The notes: generated by a model from the sequence alone, not told the origin. A DNA stretch of 64,000 nucleotides from Minisyncoccota bacterium (GCA_041663145.1 JBAZRG010000003.1:1000-64999), one strand, 5' to 3'. Positions 9,369-20,062 are shown, numbered from the stretch's first letter. Numbers and translations: made by a program.

Positions 9369-10052
9369 ATGAATCTCAAGGAGCAAGTTGAGAAGTTCCG
9401 AAAGAGCTTCACTCGACAAGGTTTCGACAAAGACGATATAGATATCGCACTCGATCTGTTTGCGGCTCTTGCCAGTCTCGATCAGGCTCTCTTTCCTGGT
9501 AATATCGCTGATATCCAGTTGTGTCTCGTGTCGAGCAAGAAGAAGTTCTATGCCCAGTACTGCAAGCCCGTAAAAGGCAGACAGAAAGAGCATTACACGA
9601 TCTTCGTGCCCGGTCAGCATAACCTTTGGAAGGAGGACTCCAAAATAGTCTTCATTCAAGAAAAAGGCGGTCGAGTCACCGTTTGTCCAGCGGAAAAACA
9701 TCGCAAACTCACTAAAAAGGAATTTGCTTATACCACGGCGGTCCACGAAGTGAGACATCGGTTGCAATTCCAGTACGGAAAGCGCTTGAAGAAATTCAAT
9801 GCTTGGACATGGAAGCGAGCACGGCATCCGCTTCTTCGGAAACTTGGGAAATTCGTCTATCACCTCAATAAGGAACAGAGGAGACTTATGATCAGAGACG
9901 GACTCAGAAAGCAGTTCGCCAGGATACATACGAACAGCAAAGAATTTGACTCGATATTCATAGAGTACCTTGTTTTACATCGGCTTCCGAGCATACACAG
10001 TCGCAGTGATCTCCTGAAGCTCATGAAGGTAGGACCGAGATCAGTTATTTAA
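9369..10052 (+). CDS. Hypothetical protein with HExxH motif
   Basis: 227 aa; AVHEVRH; GAGG upstream; hairpin plus T-tract at about 10042-10091. Confidence 0.65.
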   Translation: MNLKEQVEKFRKSFTRQGFDKDDIDIALDLFAALASLDQALFPGNIADIQLCLVSSKKKFYAQYCKPVKGRQKEHYTIFVPGQHNLWKEDSKIVFIQEKGGRVTVCPAEKHRKLTKKEFAYTTAVHEVRHRLQFQYGKRLKKFNAWTWKRARHPLLRKLGKFVYHLNKEQRRLMIRDGLRKQFARIHTNSKEFDSIFIEYLVLHRLPSIHSRSDLLKLMKVGPRSVI

Positions 10053-10202
10053 CCAATACGCGAGACCGGGGAGAAATTCTCGGTCTTTTTTATCTCAATT
10101 CATTGAAATGCTTAATCCTTCCCACAATCTGGTTCCAATTCCATCTTACCGGGCACGATTAGCTATAAGTCTTATTGTGGTATCATTTTGATGAATAAAT
10201 AA

Positions 10203-12266
10203 ATGAATTTTAGCTTCCACAAATCTTTTATATTGGCGTTATGTATACTTTCGGTGGTTTTTACCTGTTTCCCATCACAGATTGTTCATGGGCAAACAAA
10301 AAATTATGAGAAATTGTTTTATATTGTTGATGGTAAAAACGGTTTAGAAAGTTTTAAGAAGAATATTAAACTAATAGATATCATTGCCCCACAAAGTTAT
10401 ACAGTTCATGCTGATTTAACCATATCAGGTTCAGTGAGTAATGAAATAAAAAATATTGCAAAAGTTAATAATATCAAAATTATTCCCCTTATTGTGAATG
10501 CTGGCTTTAGTCAGAAAATAATTCACGATATTGTAACAGCATCAAATGCTACCCAAAACAGAATCATCGATTTCATGATTAATGAGGCTCAAAAAAATAA
10601 TTATAGTGGGTGGCAATTCGACTTTGAACATATTAGTTACACAGATAGGGATGCTTATAGCAATTTTGTAGAGAAAACATATTCAATATTTGGGAAAAAC
10701 AATTTGTCATTGAGTATTGCAGCTGTTGCCCGTATAAACGACGATAAAACTGATTTTTATAAAAATTGGAGTGGAGCATTCGATTATGAAAGATTGGCAA
10801 AAACTCTAGATTTTATAAGTATAATGACCTACGATGATCCAAACTCAAAAGGTCCTGCGGCATCGATGCCGTTTGTGGAAGATGTCTATGTATATCTCAG
10901 AGATAAAATACCACCAGATAAGCTGTCTTTGGGTGTACCATTTTATTACTGGGGATGGAGTGTAGACCCTTTCAAGCGTGTTCGTTCTGGAGGAACTTAC
11001 GAACGATTGGAATATCTACGTTCAGCATTTAAGGTGGTAGAGGGATTTGATATGAATCTTAAAGTACCTTATCTGAAATATGTGACGGAAGGAAAAGAAT
11101 ATGTTGTATGGCATGAAGACGGTCGAAGCTTTGTCGAGAAAATGAATTTCATGAAAAGGAATAACTTACGTGGATTTTCGGCTTGGGTTCTTGGTCTGGA
11201 AAACCCAGGCATCTGGAATGTTATCAAGAGGGATTTAACCTCTCCGATAATCGATCAAAATAGGAGTGAAATCCAAACAAAAATAAAAGAGATGACCCTT
11301 GAAGAAAAAATCGGCCAAATATTTTTGGTAGGCATATTCACTAATGATAGCAATGCTATACTCGAAAAACTCATTACTGATAAAAAAATCGGCTCCGTTA
11401 TTTTGATGAATCAGAATATCAGAAATAAGAAAGTCCTAGACATTACTAGACGCCTTCAAAACATAGCTTCTAGCACACATCAGCCTCCACTTCTGATATC
11501 GATAGATCAAGAAGGTGGTATTGTTTCTCGTATCACCGATACAGATTCAAACCTCACTTCCGAACCCGAAATAAAGGATTCAACCCAGGCTTATAATGTG
11601 GCACTGGCTCGTGGGAAAGAACTTTATGCAAAAGGAATTAACGTAAATTTTGCACCCGTACTCGAATATATCACGAACCCGTCATCTTTTTTGTATCACA
11701 GAGTTTTTCGAGGCTCAAAAGAGAACGTCACTGCGTATGGAGAAAATATGGTTCGAGGATACCAAGATGCTGGGATAGCTGCTACCGTCAAACATTTTCC
11801 TGGCCATGACGACATTTCAGTTGATTCTCATAAAAATTTACCTATTTCCACAGTTGATAAGAAAGGCCTTCCTGAGTACATGAGTATTTTTAAAGCAGTT
11901 ATTGAAAAAGGGAAACCTATGATGGTTATGACAGCGCATGTGTTATTCACTAAAATCGACCCTGTTTATCCTGCAACGTTGTCGCCGATATTTATTAAAA
12001 TACTGCGAGAAGACTATGGTTATGAGGGCATTATTATTACTGATGATATGAACATGGGAGCAATTACAAAAAGTTTTGGCATTAAAGAGAGTGCTGTACA
12101 AGCTATCAAAGCTGGCAATGATATTCTTTTGTACGTTGCTTCAGTAGAAACGATCAATACAGCGTATCAATCAGTACTCAATGCTGTTCGAGATGGGCAT
12201 ATTAGTGAGGAAAGAATTGACTCAAGTGTGTACAGAGTTTTGAACTTAAAAGAAAAATTACAATAG
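10203..12266 (+). CDS. Secreted GH18-GH3 (NagZ-like) fusion glycoside hydrolase
   Basis: Signal peptide; GH18-like GWQFDFE, IMTYD, LGVPFY, GFSAW; GH3 SIDQEGG, KHFPGH...DSH, ITDDM. Confidence 0.85.
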   Translation: MNFSFHKSFILALCILSVVFTCFPSQIVHGQTKNYEKLFYIVDGKNGLESFKKNIKLIDIIAPQSYTVHADLTISGSVSNEIKNIAKVNNIKIIPLIVNAGFSQKIIHDIVTASNATQNRIIDFMINEAQKNNYSGWQFDFEHISYTDRDAYSNFVEKTYSIFGKNNLSLSIAAVARINDDKTDFYKNWSGAFDYERLAKTLDFISIMTYDDPNSKGPAASMPFVEDVYVYLRDKIPPDKLSLGVPFYYWGWSVDPFKRVRSGGTYERLEYLRSAFKVVEGFDMNLKVPYLKYVTEGKEYVVWHEDGRSFVEKMNFMKRNNLRGFSAWVLGLENPGIWNVIKRDLTSPIIDQNRSEIQTKIKEMTLEEKIGQIFLVGIFTNDSNAILEKLITDKKIGSVILMNQNIRNKKVLDITRRLQNIASSTHQPPLLISIDQEGGIVSRITDTDSNLTSEPEIKDSTQAYNVALARGKELYAKGINVNFAPVLEYITNPSSFLYHRVFRGSKENVTAYGENMVRGYQDAGIAATVKHFPGHDDISVDSHKNLPISTVDKKGLPEYMSIFKAVIEKGKPMMVMTAHVLFTKIDPVYPATLSPIFIKILREDYGYEGIIITDDMNMGAITKSFGIKESAVQAIKAGNDILLYVASVETINTAYQSVLNAVRDGHISEERIDSSVYRVLNLKEKLQ

Positions 12267-12341
12267 TTCTTCCAGTGTGAGGCACCACCTCTTATCTGAA
12301 GTCAATATTGATTTTATTGTTGGTAATGAGAAAATTGGGGT

Positions 12342-13163
12342 ATGGAAGCTATTACCAAAATCGCCATATTCAAAAAGAAACAGATACGCAAGACACTGCA
12401 TGAGAATGAGTGGTGGTTTGTCATTGTTGATGTGATTGAGGCTTTGACTGATTCAATTGATCCAAGACAATATTTAAAGAACATATTAAATCGAGATGAG
12501 GAATTATCTAAAGGGTGGGGTCAAATTGAACACCCCCTTTCAATAAACACAGCAGGAGGCCCACAAAAAATGCTTTGCGCAAATACTGAAGGTATTTTTA
12601 GAATTATTCAATCTATTCCTTCTCCAAAGGCGGAACCATTTAAGCGGTGGTTAGCTAAAGTCGGATATGAGCGCATTCAGGAGATAGAAAATCCTGAACT
12701 GGCGACAAAAAGAACTCGATTACTTTATAAGCTAAAAGGATACTCAGACAATTGGATCGAGAAAAGGATGCGAGGTATCGCTATTCGCGAGGAATTGACC
12801 GACGAATGGAAAAGACGTGGAGCACAGGAACAGAGAGATTATGAAATATTGACGGCTGAGATTTCCAAAGCAACCTTTGGAATAACGCCAGATGATTACA
12901 AAAAACTCAAAGGCTTAAAGCGTCAAAATTTACGAGATCATATGGACGACTTCGAGCTGATTTTTACTATGCTTGGAGAAAGATCCACAACAGAAATCCA
13001 CCGCCAAGAAAAATCGCTCGGAGTACCAAAGCTCAAAATGGATGCAAATCGTGGAGGAAAGATTGCAGGTGTTGCTCGAAAAGAACTAGAAAAGGAATTG
13101 GGAAGATCTGTGGTTTCAAAGAAGAATTTTCTTGAAAAAAGCAAACGCAAATTGATACGCTGA
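12342..13163 (+). CDS. Bro-N domain protein
   Basis: WWFVIVDVIEAL, RIIQSIPSPKAEPFKRWLA, NLRDHM. Confidence 0.85.
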   Translation: MEAITKIAIFKKKQIRKTLHENEWWFVIVDVIEALTDSIDPRQYLKNILNRDEELSKGWGQIEHPLSINTAGGPQKMLCANTEGIFRIIQSIPSPKAEPFKRWLAKVGYERIQEIENPELATKRTRLLYKLKGYSDNWIEKRMRGIAIREELTDEWKRRGAQEQRDYEILTAEISKATFGITPDDYKKLKGLKRQNLRDHMDDFELIFTMLGERSTTEIHRQEKSLGVPKLKMDANRGGKIAGVARKELEKELGRSVVSKKNFLEKSKRKLIR

Positions 13164-13174
13164 TTGTTGTGACC

Positions 13175-13639
13175 TCAAAACCCGAACCTCTCCAGAACAT
13201 GCTTTAGGAATGGTTCATGATGCTCGGTTTCGGCAATGAAATTTTGCATTGTTTCGCGGACTGCTTCTGCATCGACTTCATCTATATAGATCACAATATA
13301 GGGCATGAAAGTTTTGCGAGACTTCAAGATCAGTTTGGCGGGGACTTCATCGTGAGGTATCCAGAATGAATCAATGGAAAGGAAAGAGTAAAGCGTATTG
13401 CCGACAATGATGCCTCGATCGTTGATTTCGTGATAGACGTGATTTGGATGTTTGGAAGCGTTGAGGACGAGCGCAACAGCGGCGATCAGTACAAAAATAC
13501 CGGTTATGATATTACCAAAGATAAACGCTACAACCGCGAGTGCTAGAGTGATGATGCCCACAGCCCAATACCAATCAGGAGATTTTTCTCTGTGAATATG
13601 CTCTGGAGCATTCCAGGAAATGAGAGCTTCGGTTGCCAT
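13175..13639 (-). CDS. Conserved hypothetical membrane protein
   Basis: ISWNAPEH..EKSPDWYW followed by two TM helices. Confidence 0.75.
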   Translation of the reverse strand: MATEALISWNAPEHIHREKSPDWYWAVGIITLALAVVAFIFGNIITGIFVLIAAVALVLNASKHPNHVYHEINDRGIIVGNTLYSFLSIDSFWIPHDEVPAKLILKSRKTFMPYIVIYIDEVDAEAVRETMQNFIAETEHHEPFLKHVLERFGF

Positions 13640-13695
13640 GGCCTAATTGTACTATAAACACGACTGGCTTGAAATAGAATATAATAGAGGACATT

Positions 13696-15102
13696 ATGAA
13701 ATGGTATGTAATATCGATTCTGTTCTTGAGCGCTCTTTGCCATTTTATTTTCTTTGGTCATCCGCCGGAAGTGGTATTTGATGAAGTGCATTTTGGACGA
13801 TTTTCTTCGGCGTATGAGACCGGAGAATTTTTCTTCGATATTCATCCTCCGCTCGGCAAATTATTGATCAGTACTGCTGGACATGTCTCTGGTTTTGAAG
13901 CTACTTCGATGAATTACGATACTATCGGTAATAGTTTTACTGATTCTGGTTATGTTTGGTACAGAATATTACCGATCTTATCTGGATTGTTTTTACCATT
14001 AGTAATATTTTTTCTTTGTCTCAAACTATCATTTTCTAAGCATGCAGCTTTATTCGCAGCCCTTGCGGTGATATTTGAAAATTCATTATTGGTTCAATCA
14101 CGTTTTATATTTTTGGACAGCTTCTTATTGCTTTTCGGTTTCTCGGCTTTGTTGTTTTATTTCACATCTAGAAATTCCAGCTTGATTCGTCCCGCACGCT
14201 TCAATTACTTATTGTCCGCGATATTTGTCGGCTTAGCCGTAAGTGTTAAGTGGACTGGTCTATCATTTTTAGCAATCATCATTCTTGTCGAAACATGGAG
14301 ATTGATACGCAATATAAAGGATTGGAGTGTTTGGAAAAAGTGGATTTATCGGATCTTCAGTCTGCTCGGCATTGTATTTGTGGTTTATTACATAATATTT
14401 GCTATTCATTTCACATTATTATCAAAATCGGGAACAGGGGACGCTTTCATGTCGGCTGAATTTCAAAAGACTTTGATCGGCAGTAAATACGAATCTTTGT
14501 CAGATATAAAATCAAAAGGTATGCCTAGTAAATTTATTGAATTGAATATAGAGATGTACAAAGCTAATAAAAACCTGACTGCGACGCACGACTATTCGAG
14601 CAAATGGTATAGCTGGCCATTTATGCAAAGACCGATCTATTACTGGGTAGCGTCGGATGATTCCGCTACTGGGGTAAAAGATGAAGTAAAAACAGAATCA
14701 AAAATATATTTACTCGGCAATCCGCTTGTGTATTGGTCAGGGGCCATATCTGTGGTGTTGCTCGCACTCACGTTAATTTTCCGACATCCTTCTCTACGTG
14801 ATAAAAAAGATAGGCGCGTTGGTCTTTTATTACTATTTGGTTTTCTTATAAATTGGCTACCATTCGCTCTTATTGGACGAGTCATGTTCCTGTATCATTA
14901 TCTTGCCGCGCTTATTTTCTCTATTCTCATCATGGCATATCTGATCGATAAGATAGATGAGAGAAAAACTCGTTTGAGGGTCGGCATTATTCTAATTGCT
15001 TTATTTGCGATAGGTTTTATTTTCTACAGTCCTTTGACTTATGGATTACCAATGACTCCTGGAGAACAAGAAGTACGATTGATATTCAATTCATGGAAAT
15101 AA
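13696..15102 (+). CDS. Protein O-mannosyltransferase (PMT, GT39)
   Basis: VFDEVHF, DIHPPLGKLLI, SRFIFLD, VKWTG, HDYSSKWYSWP, GNP, FLYHY. Confidence 0.9.
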   Translation: MKWYVISILFLSALCHFIFFGHPPEVVFDEVHFGRFSSAYETGEFFFDIHPPLGKLLISTAGHVSGFEATSMNYDTIGNSFTDSGYVWYRILPILSGLFLPLVIFFLCLKLSFSKHAALFAALAVIFENSLLVQSRFIFLDSFLLLFGFSALLFYFTSRNSSLIRPARFNYLLSAIFVGLAVSVKWTGLSFLAIIILVETWRLIRNIKDWSVWKKWIYRIFSLLGIVFVVYYIIFAIHFTLLSKSGTGDAFMSAEFQKTLIGSKYESLSDIKSKGMPSKFIELNIEMYKANKNLTATHDYSSKWYSWPFMQRPIYYWVASDDSATGVKDEVKTESKIYLLGNPLVYWSGAISVVLLALTLIFRHPSLRDKKDRRVGLLLLFGFLINWLPFALIGRVMFLYHYLAALIFSILIMAYLIDKIDERKTRLRVGIILIALFAIGFIFYSPLTYGLPMTPGEQEVRLIFNSWK

Positions 15103-15106
15103 AAAT

Positions 15107-16759
15107 ATGGAATTTCTCAGATCAAAAAAACATATCATTCTAGCTTGCGTAGCATTTATCATGATGGCGATACTCACGTTGTCTCTGCTCTCTTCACATA
15201 TGCTCGAGCCAAAGAGTGATGGCTTATATTCTGGTGGTTCGACTTGGGGTGACTCGGCTTGGCATATGAGTATCATATCGAGCATCAATGAGAGGGGATT
15301 GTCCGCAACATTATCGAACAATCCTATATATGCTGGACTTTCGATGTCATATCCATTTTTACCCGATATGTTGAGTTCGTTGCTCATGAATATCGGCTTA
15401 TCTTTGCGCAGTTCACTTTTATGGCCCGCTTTCTTTGTAACGATGATAGCTCTTTCGCTAATGTATTTTGTTACTTTGAAAATGACAAAGAGTCATAACG
15501 GAGCATTATTAGTCCCCATCCTTTTTGTATTTAACGGTACTTTTTGGTCGATAAAATATTTTACGCGCGACTTGATCGACAGTGGTAAATCCCTGGGGGG
15601 ATTCTTGCAGGCGATGCCCCTTAATTACGCACATCTCGCCGAGGTTGCTAATATTCGTTTTTCGAATGTTATGTCCGACTATATCTTGCCTCAAAGATCT
15701 TTCGTTTTTGGTCTGGCTATCGGGCTTGTTGCTGTCTATTTTCTCTGGAGATATTGGCAGGATAAAAAAGAAAAGGATCTTCTATATACGTCTTTGACAT
15801 TATCAGCTATGCCTCTTGTTCACACTCATTCATTTTTAGCTCTGGGGATGGTGTCATTCTTTCTTTTTTGTGGAGAGATCATAGTATTTGTGAAGGAAAA
15901 GAATCGGCAAGGCATTATCACGGTCTTAAAACGTTGGAGTATTTATTTCGGTTTACCAATCATCTTATTGGCTTTGCCGCAATTCTTGCTTATTTTTCCA
16001 TTTGATAAGGAAAGTTTCATCAGGTTTCAGATCGGTTGGGCTCATGGAGATGAAAACATCCTTTATTTTTGGATAAAGAATCTATTCCCGTATTTATTTG
16101 TTTTTGCTTTTGCCTATAGATTTGCTCCACTAAAGATTCGTACATTCTACAATGCCTTTCTAGGAGTATTTATCGTTACGAATATTATACTTTTTCAGCC
16201 ACACATATACGACAATATGAAATTTATGCTTTGGTGGTTTATTTTGAGTCTGATATTGACTGTCATATTCTTTAAAAAATTGATAGAAAAATGGTCATGG
16301 AAAGGGAGGGTTGTTGTAGCGATTATGATTTTTACCATGACTTTTATAGGCGCAGTTTCTGTTTATCGGGAGACTCGTCTATCGGATAGGCTTTTCTCCA
16401 ACGATGATCTAATTATTTCTGATTTTGTCCGCAATAATACCGATCCTGCCAGTGTTTTCTTGACCAGTACAAAACATAACAATCCGATAACTTGTCTCTC
16501 TGGACGAGCAGTAATGATCGGTTATATGGGTTGGTTATGGACTCACGGTATCAATTATGGCGATCGGTTCGATGAGATGAAGAAAATATTTTCTGGTAAG
16601 GATGATGGAACATTGGTGACGAAATACAAGATAGACTATATATTGTTGGATAATAAAGCCGTTGAGGAATATGATGCTGATCAGGAGTATTTGGATAAAA
16701 CATACAAGAAGATATATAGTGATGATTCATATATGTTATACAAAATAAACAATGATTGA
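15107..16759 (+). CDS. Polytopic GT-C-fold glycosyltransferase-like membrane protein
   Basis: WGDSAWH in first loop, YPFL, LPQRSF, HTHSF; many TM helices. Confidence 0.7.
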   Translation: MEFLRSKKHIILACVAFIMMAILTLSLLSSHMLEPKSDGLYSGGSTWGDSAWHMSIISSINERGLSATLSNNPIYAGLSMSYPFLPDMLSSLLMNIGLSLRSSLLWPAFFVTMIALSLMYFVTLKMTKSHNGALLVPILFVFNGTFWSIKYFTRDLIDSGKSLGGFLQAMPLNYAHLAEVANIRFSNVMSDYILPQRSFVFGLAIGLVAVYFLWRYWQDKKEKDLLYTSLTLSAMPLVHTHSFLALGMVSFFLFCGEIIVFVKEKNRQGIITVLKRWSIYFGLPIILLALPQFLLIFPFDKESFIRFQIGWAHGDENILYFWIKNLFPYLFVFAFAYRFAPLKIRTFYNAFLGVFIVTNIILFQPHIYDNMKFMLWWFILSLILTVIFFKKLIEKWSWKGRVVVAIMIFTMTFIGAVSVYRETRLSDRLFSNDDLIISDFVRNNTDPASVFLTSTKHNNPITCLSGRAVMIGYMGWLWTHGINYGDRFDEMKKIFSGKDDGTLVTKYKIDYILLDNKAVEEYDADQEYLDKTYKKIYSDDSYMLYKINND

Positions 16760-17849
16760 ATTATCGGTAATAATTCCGGCCTTCAATGAGGCTGGTCAAA
16801 TAGAAAAGACACTTCGAAATGTGAGTAGTTATTTGGAGTCGCAGTCATACAGTTATGAAATAATCGTAGTCAATGACGGTTCTAGAGATTCCACGTCTAC
16901 GATTGTTGATAAATTGACGGAAAGTATAAAAAATCTGAGACAGATTAGCTATGAAGAAAATAGGGGTAAAGGTTATGCGGTAAGAACTGGCATGAGATCG
17001 GCAACAGGGAAGCGTCGTCTCTTTATGGATGCCGACGGATCTACTCCGATATCCGAAGTCGCCCAACTTCGAAAGTTTATAGATGAAGGATACGATGTGG
17101 TCGTTGGCTCGAGAAGAGTCCAAGGATCGAAGATCAATATCGATCAACCTCCATACCGTCTCTTTCTGGGTTGGATCTTTCGAACACTCATCATGACAGT
17201 TGTGAATCTCGATGTTCGTGATTCACAAAATGGTTTCAAATTGTTTTCGAGTGAGGCGGCCGATGCGCTATTTTCCAGGCAAACTATAAATGGTTGGGCT
17301 TTTGATGTGGAAGTGTTGGCACTGGCTCAATTGCTAGGGTTCAAAATAAAGGAAGTACCAATAGAGTGGACGGACGATCGCCATAGTAAGATGACTCTGT
17401 TCGGCATGTTCAAGATGTTGATCGAGGTTGCATGGATAAAATACACTATTCAAAAATTGAAATTATTGATGTTTGGACGTTTTGTTGTGGTTGGCACGGT
17501 AGGGTATTTGGTGAATGCTTTGTTTCTGGAACTGTTTCCACGAATCATAAATATTGAACCGTTGATCTGGATATTGGCGACCGAGATGGCTATTATCAGT
17601 AATTTTATCTGGAATAATGTTTGGACCTTTGGTGAAAAGAAAATTGTCGGCGCAAAGTCCGTGGCAAAAAAGTTTGGTCAGTTCAATCTGACTTCAGGCG
17701 GAGCTCTCATCATCCAAACAGTTTTGGGTACGGTAGGAGTCGCTATCTTTGGAGCTGAATACCGACAATTGATCTTGCCAGTCATAATTCTTTTGGCAGT
17801 GGTTCCGTATAATTGGTATATGTATAGGAAGTATATTTGGAGGGTGTAG
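16752..17849 (+). CDS. GT2 polyprenol-phosphate glycosyltransferase fused to GtrA-like domain
   Basis: SVIIPAFNE, VNDGSRD, NRGKG, FMDADG, DSQNGFK; C-terminal RFVVVG...NFIWNNVWTF. Confidence 0.9.
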   Translation: MIELSVIIPAFNEAGQIEKTLRNVSSYLESQSYSYEIIVVNDGSRDSTSTIVDKLTESIKNLRQISYEENRGKGYAVRTGMRSATGKRRLFMDADGSTPISEVAQLRKFIDEGYDVVVGSRRVQGSKINIDQPPYRLFLGWIFRTLIMTVVNLDVRDSQNGFKLFSSEAADALFSRQTINGWAFDVEVLALAQLLGFKIKEVPIEWTDDRHSKMTLFGMFKMLIEVAWIKYTIQKLKLLMFGRFVVVGTVGYLVNALFLELFPRIINIEPLIWILATEMAIISNFIWNNVWTFGEKKIVGAKSVAKKFGQFNLTSGGALIIQTVLGTVGVAIFGAEYRQLILPVIILLAVVPYNWYMYRKYIWRV

Positions 17850-17911
17850 CCGCTTATTTTTCTTGAAATACAAAGTGAATTGGCGTAAAGTGATTTCATA
17901 AAGATAAACTA

Positions 17912-18409
17912 ATGACCGAACTACACTTTACACATTGGACATCAGAGGATAGGATGACACTTGGCAAAGCCCGAACATTCAAGGATTTGGCGGACTTAGC
18001 CATTTCAATTATTGCCCGAATGCCTAGCGGAATAGAAATGGTTTCCGGACCAATTTCAACAGGTGGCGTGGGAAGCATCGAAGGAAATCGAAAAGTGTTC
18101 GAGAATGTAATCGAGATCCTTGTAAATGAACACAAAGCAAACATCTTTAGTCAGATGCCATTTGAAGACAAAATGGTTGAATTCTACAGAGTTTGGCATG
18201 CCGAGCATCCAGAGGAAAAGTATTGCACCCCTATACTCGATGATTTCTATGAACGGATTTTTTCCAGCGGAAAGATCAAAACACTTCATTTTATCAATGG
18301 TTGGGAATCGTCATTTGGAGCGAAATGGGAGCATGATAACTGTGTTCGCTGGAACATAACACGTCAGTATCTTTCAGCAGAACTTTCAGAGAGAGCTTTG
18401 ACCTTATGA
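17912..18409 (+). CDS. Hypothetical protein
   Basis: 165 aa; VSGPISTGG and GWESSFGAKWEH; overlaps next gene. Confidence 0.7.
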   Translation: MTELHFTHWTSEDRMTLGKARTFKDLADLAISIIARMPSGIEMVSGPISTGGVGSIEGNRKVFENVIEILVNEHKANIFSQMPFEDKMVEFYRVWHAEHPEEKYCTPILDDFYERIFSSGKIKTLHFINGWESSFGAKWEHDNCVRWNITRQYLSAELSERALTL

Positions 18410-18957
18410 AAATCGCAACTCACATAGGAAACGTGACCATAGTGCTTGATAGGACACTTGGTCAAGATGATCCTCAAATCCTCATTGGGCTTAAAAAACC
18501 AAAAGGGAAAAAGGATGGGAAGCGGAAACGCAAAAGAATAGGTGTTGGACGCTGGGTACCACCAGGTGGTGCTACCGAGAATGATGATAAGAGTCAGAAA
18601 CACGCGGCACAAAGAGAGCTTCGCCAGGAGACAGGATTAGACTTTCCTTTAAAGCTTTTTCAAAAGGTTGGTGTCCTCCGGGGATATATAAATTCGACCG
18701 ACATACCGACTTGGCTCGTCCACATCTACTTGGTTGATGCTTCGGAAAGAGAAAAGACATTTGTGCCTAATGAAGAATATGTCGAAATGCGTTGGTTCAA
18801 GTTATCCAAACTGCCATTTGAAAAAATGTTGCAGGGAGACAGAAACTGGCTACCAAAAATAGCGAAAGGCCAGAAACTGTCGATCAGGATTGTTGCCAAC
18901 GAAAATGCCGACAGAGCCTTCTCGATAGACATTCGACCGATCCATTCTTTCAATTAA
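18406..18957 (+). CDS. NUDIX hydrolase (MutT/MTH1-like)
   Basis: GG...AAQRELRQETGL Nudix box; MRWF...LPFEKM..GD..WLP. Confidence 0.8.
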   Translation: MKIATHIGNVTIVLDRTLGQDDPQILIGLKKPKGKKDGKRKRKRIGVGRWVPPGGATENDDKSQKHAAQRELRQETGLDFPLKLFQKVGVLRGYINSTDIPTWLVHIYLVDASEREKTFVPNEEYVEMRWFKLSKLPFEKMLQGDRNWLPKIAKGQKLSIRIVANENADRAFSIDIRPIHSFN

Positions 18958-19117
18958 ATCCTAGATCGCAAGAAGACACAGGCCGACTCATCCTCGGCCT
19001 TTTTTGTTACTTTCTTTGTCTATGTACCTACATCACTTTCGAAAAGTGATGCGCTTAGGGATAAGACTAAAACAGCGAAGGTCGCATACGCTTCTTCGAA
19101 GCTATGGCGACCGAAGG

Positions 19118-19204
19118 CGGATGGGGTGAGATTCGAACTCACGGCCCCCTTGCGAGGGCGACGGTTTTCAAGACCGTTGCCTTAGACCACTCAGCCACCC
19201 ATCC
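19118..19204 (-). tRNA. tRNA-Ser(UGA)
   Basis: GGATGGG/CCCATCC acceptor, loop CT-TGA-AA, long variable arm, G73. Confidence 0.95.
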
Positions 19205-19265
19205 ATAACGTCATAATAAGGGAAAATCCATTGTTCTGCAACGATTTTGCTGTTATTGTTATCGG

Positions 19266-19688
19266 ATGACAGATCAAACAACACAGCACGATATAGTTTC
19301 AAAAAGATTGATGGGTATCGATTTTGGAAAGAAACGAGTCGGAATCGCAGTTTCCGATCCAGATTGTAGTTTCGCTATTCCTGTTTCAGTCATTCAAAAT
19401 ACGCCAGATACCATAGCCGAAATAGAAAAGATCGCTGTAGATAATGAAGTCACAGAGATTGTGCTAGGGGAGTCGCGAGATTACGATGGCAAACCAAACG
19501 ATATCTTTGAAGCCAGTATGAAAATGAAGCAGGCTCTCGAAGCGAAAGGGTTTACTGTTCATTTGGAATTGGAATTTATGACAAGTGTTGCGGCATCTAG
19601 GTTGCAGGGAGAAAATAACATGCTGGATGCTTCCGCCGCCGCTCTCATTCTGCAAAGTTATTTGGATCGGGTAAAGTTGGAAAAATAA
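19266..19688 (+). CDS. ruvX: RuvX/YqgF nuclease
   Basis: GIDFGKKRVGIAVSD, E.MTS, DASAAALILQSYL. Confidence 0.9.
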   Translation: MTDQTTQHDIVSKRLMGIDFGKKRVGIAVSDPDCSFAIPVSVIQNTPDTIAEIEKIAVDNEVTEIVLGESRDYDGKPNDIFEASMKMKQALEAKGFTVHLELEFMTSVAASRLQGENNMLDASAAALILQSYLDRVKLEK

Positions 19689-19714
19689 TATAAACAATAA
19701 TATTGAATAATGTC

Positions 19715-20062
19715 ATGATCACTTACGAAGATTTCAAAAAAGTAGAAATACGAGCAGGAAAGATACTTTCCGCCGAAAAAATACCGGAGACGGACAAGCT
19801 TTTGCGATTGATGGTCGATTTTGCGGAAAAAGACGAAGTTGGAGTTTCGAAACCGAGACAAATAGTTTCGGGTATCAGCGCGTGGTTTCCGGATCCGACA
19901 ACATTGGTCGGTAAAACTTGCATGTTTGTTTCAAACTTGGAGCCGAGAACGATTCGCGGTCTCGAAAGTAACGGAATGTTATTTGCAGTCTCGACTCCTG
20001 AGGGAGGATTTTCATTATTAGAACCAAACCAATCCATTCCACCGGGAACTAAAGCGGCTTAA
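19715..20062 (+). CDS. Stand-alone tRNA-binding OB-fold protein (Trbp111/MetRS C-terminal-like)
   Basis: ITYEDFKKVEIRAG, RQIVSGI, NLEPRTIRGLESNGM. Confidence 0.85.
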   Translation: MITYEDFKKVEIRAGKILSAEKIPETDKLLRLMVDFAEKDEVGVSKPRQIVSGISAWFPDPTTLVGKTCMFVSNLEPRTIRGLESNGMLFAVSTPEGGFSLLEPNQSIPPGTKAA

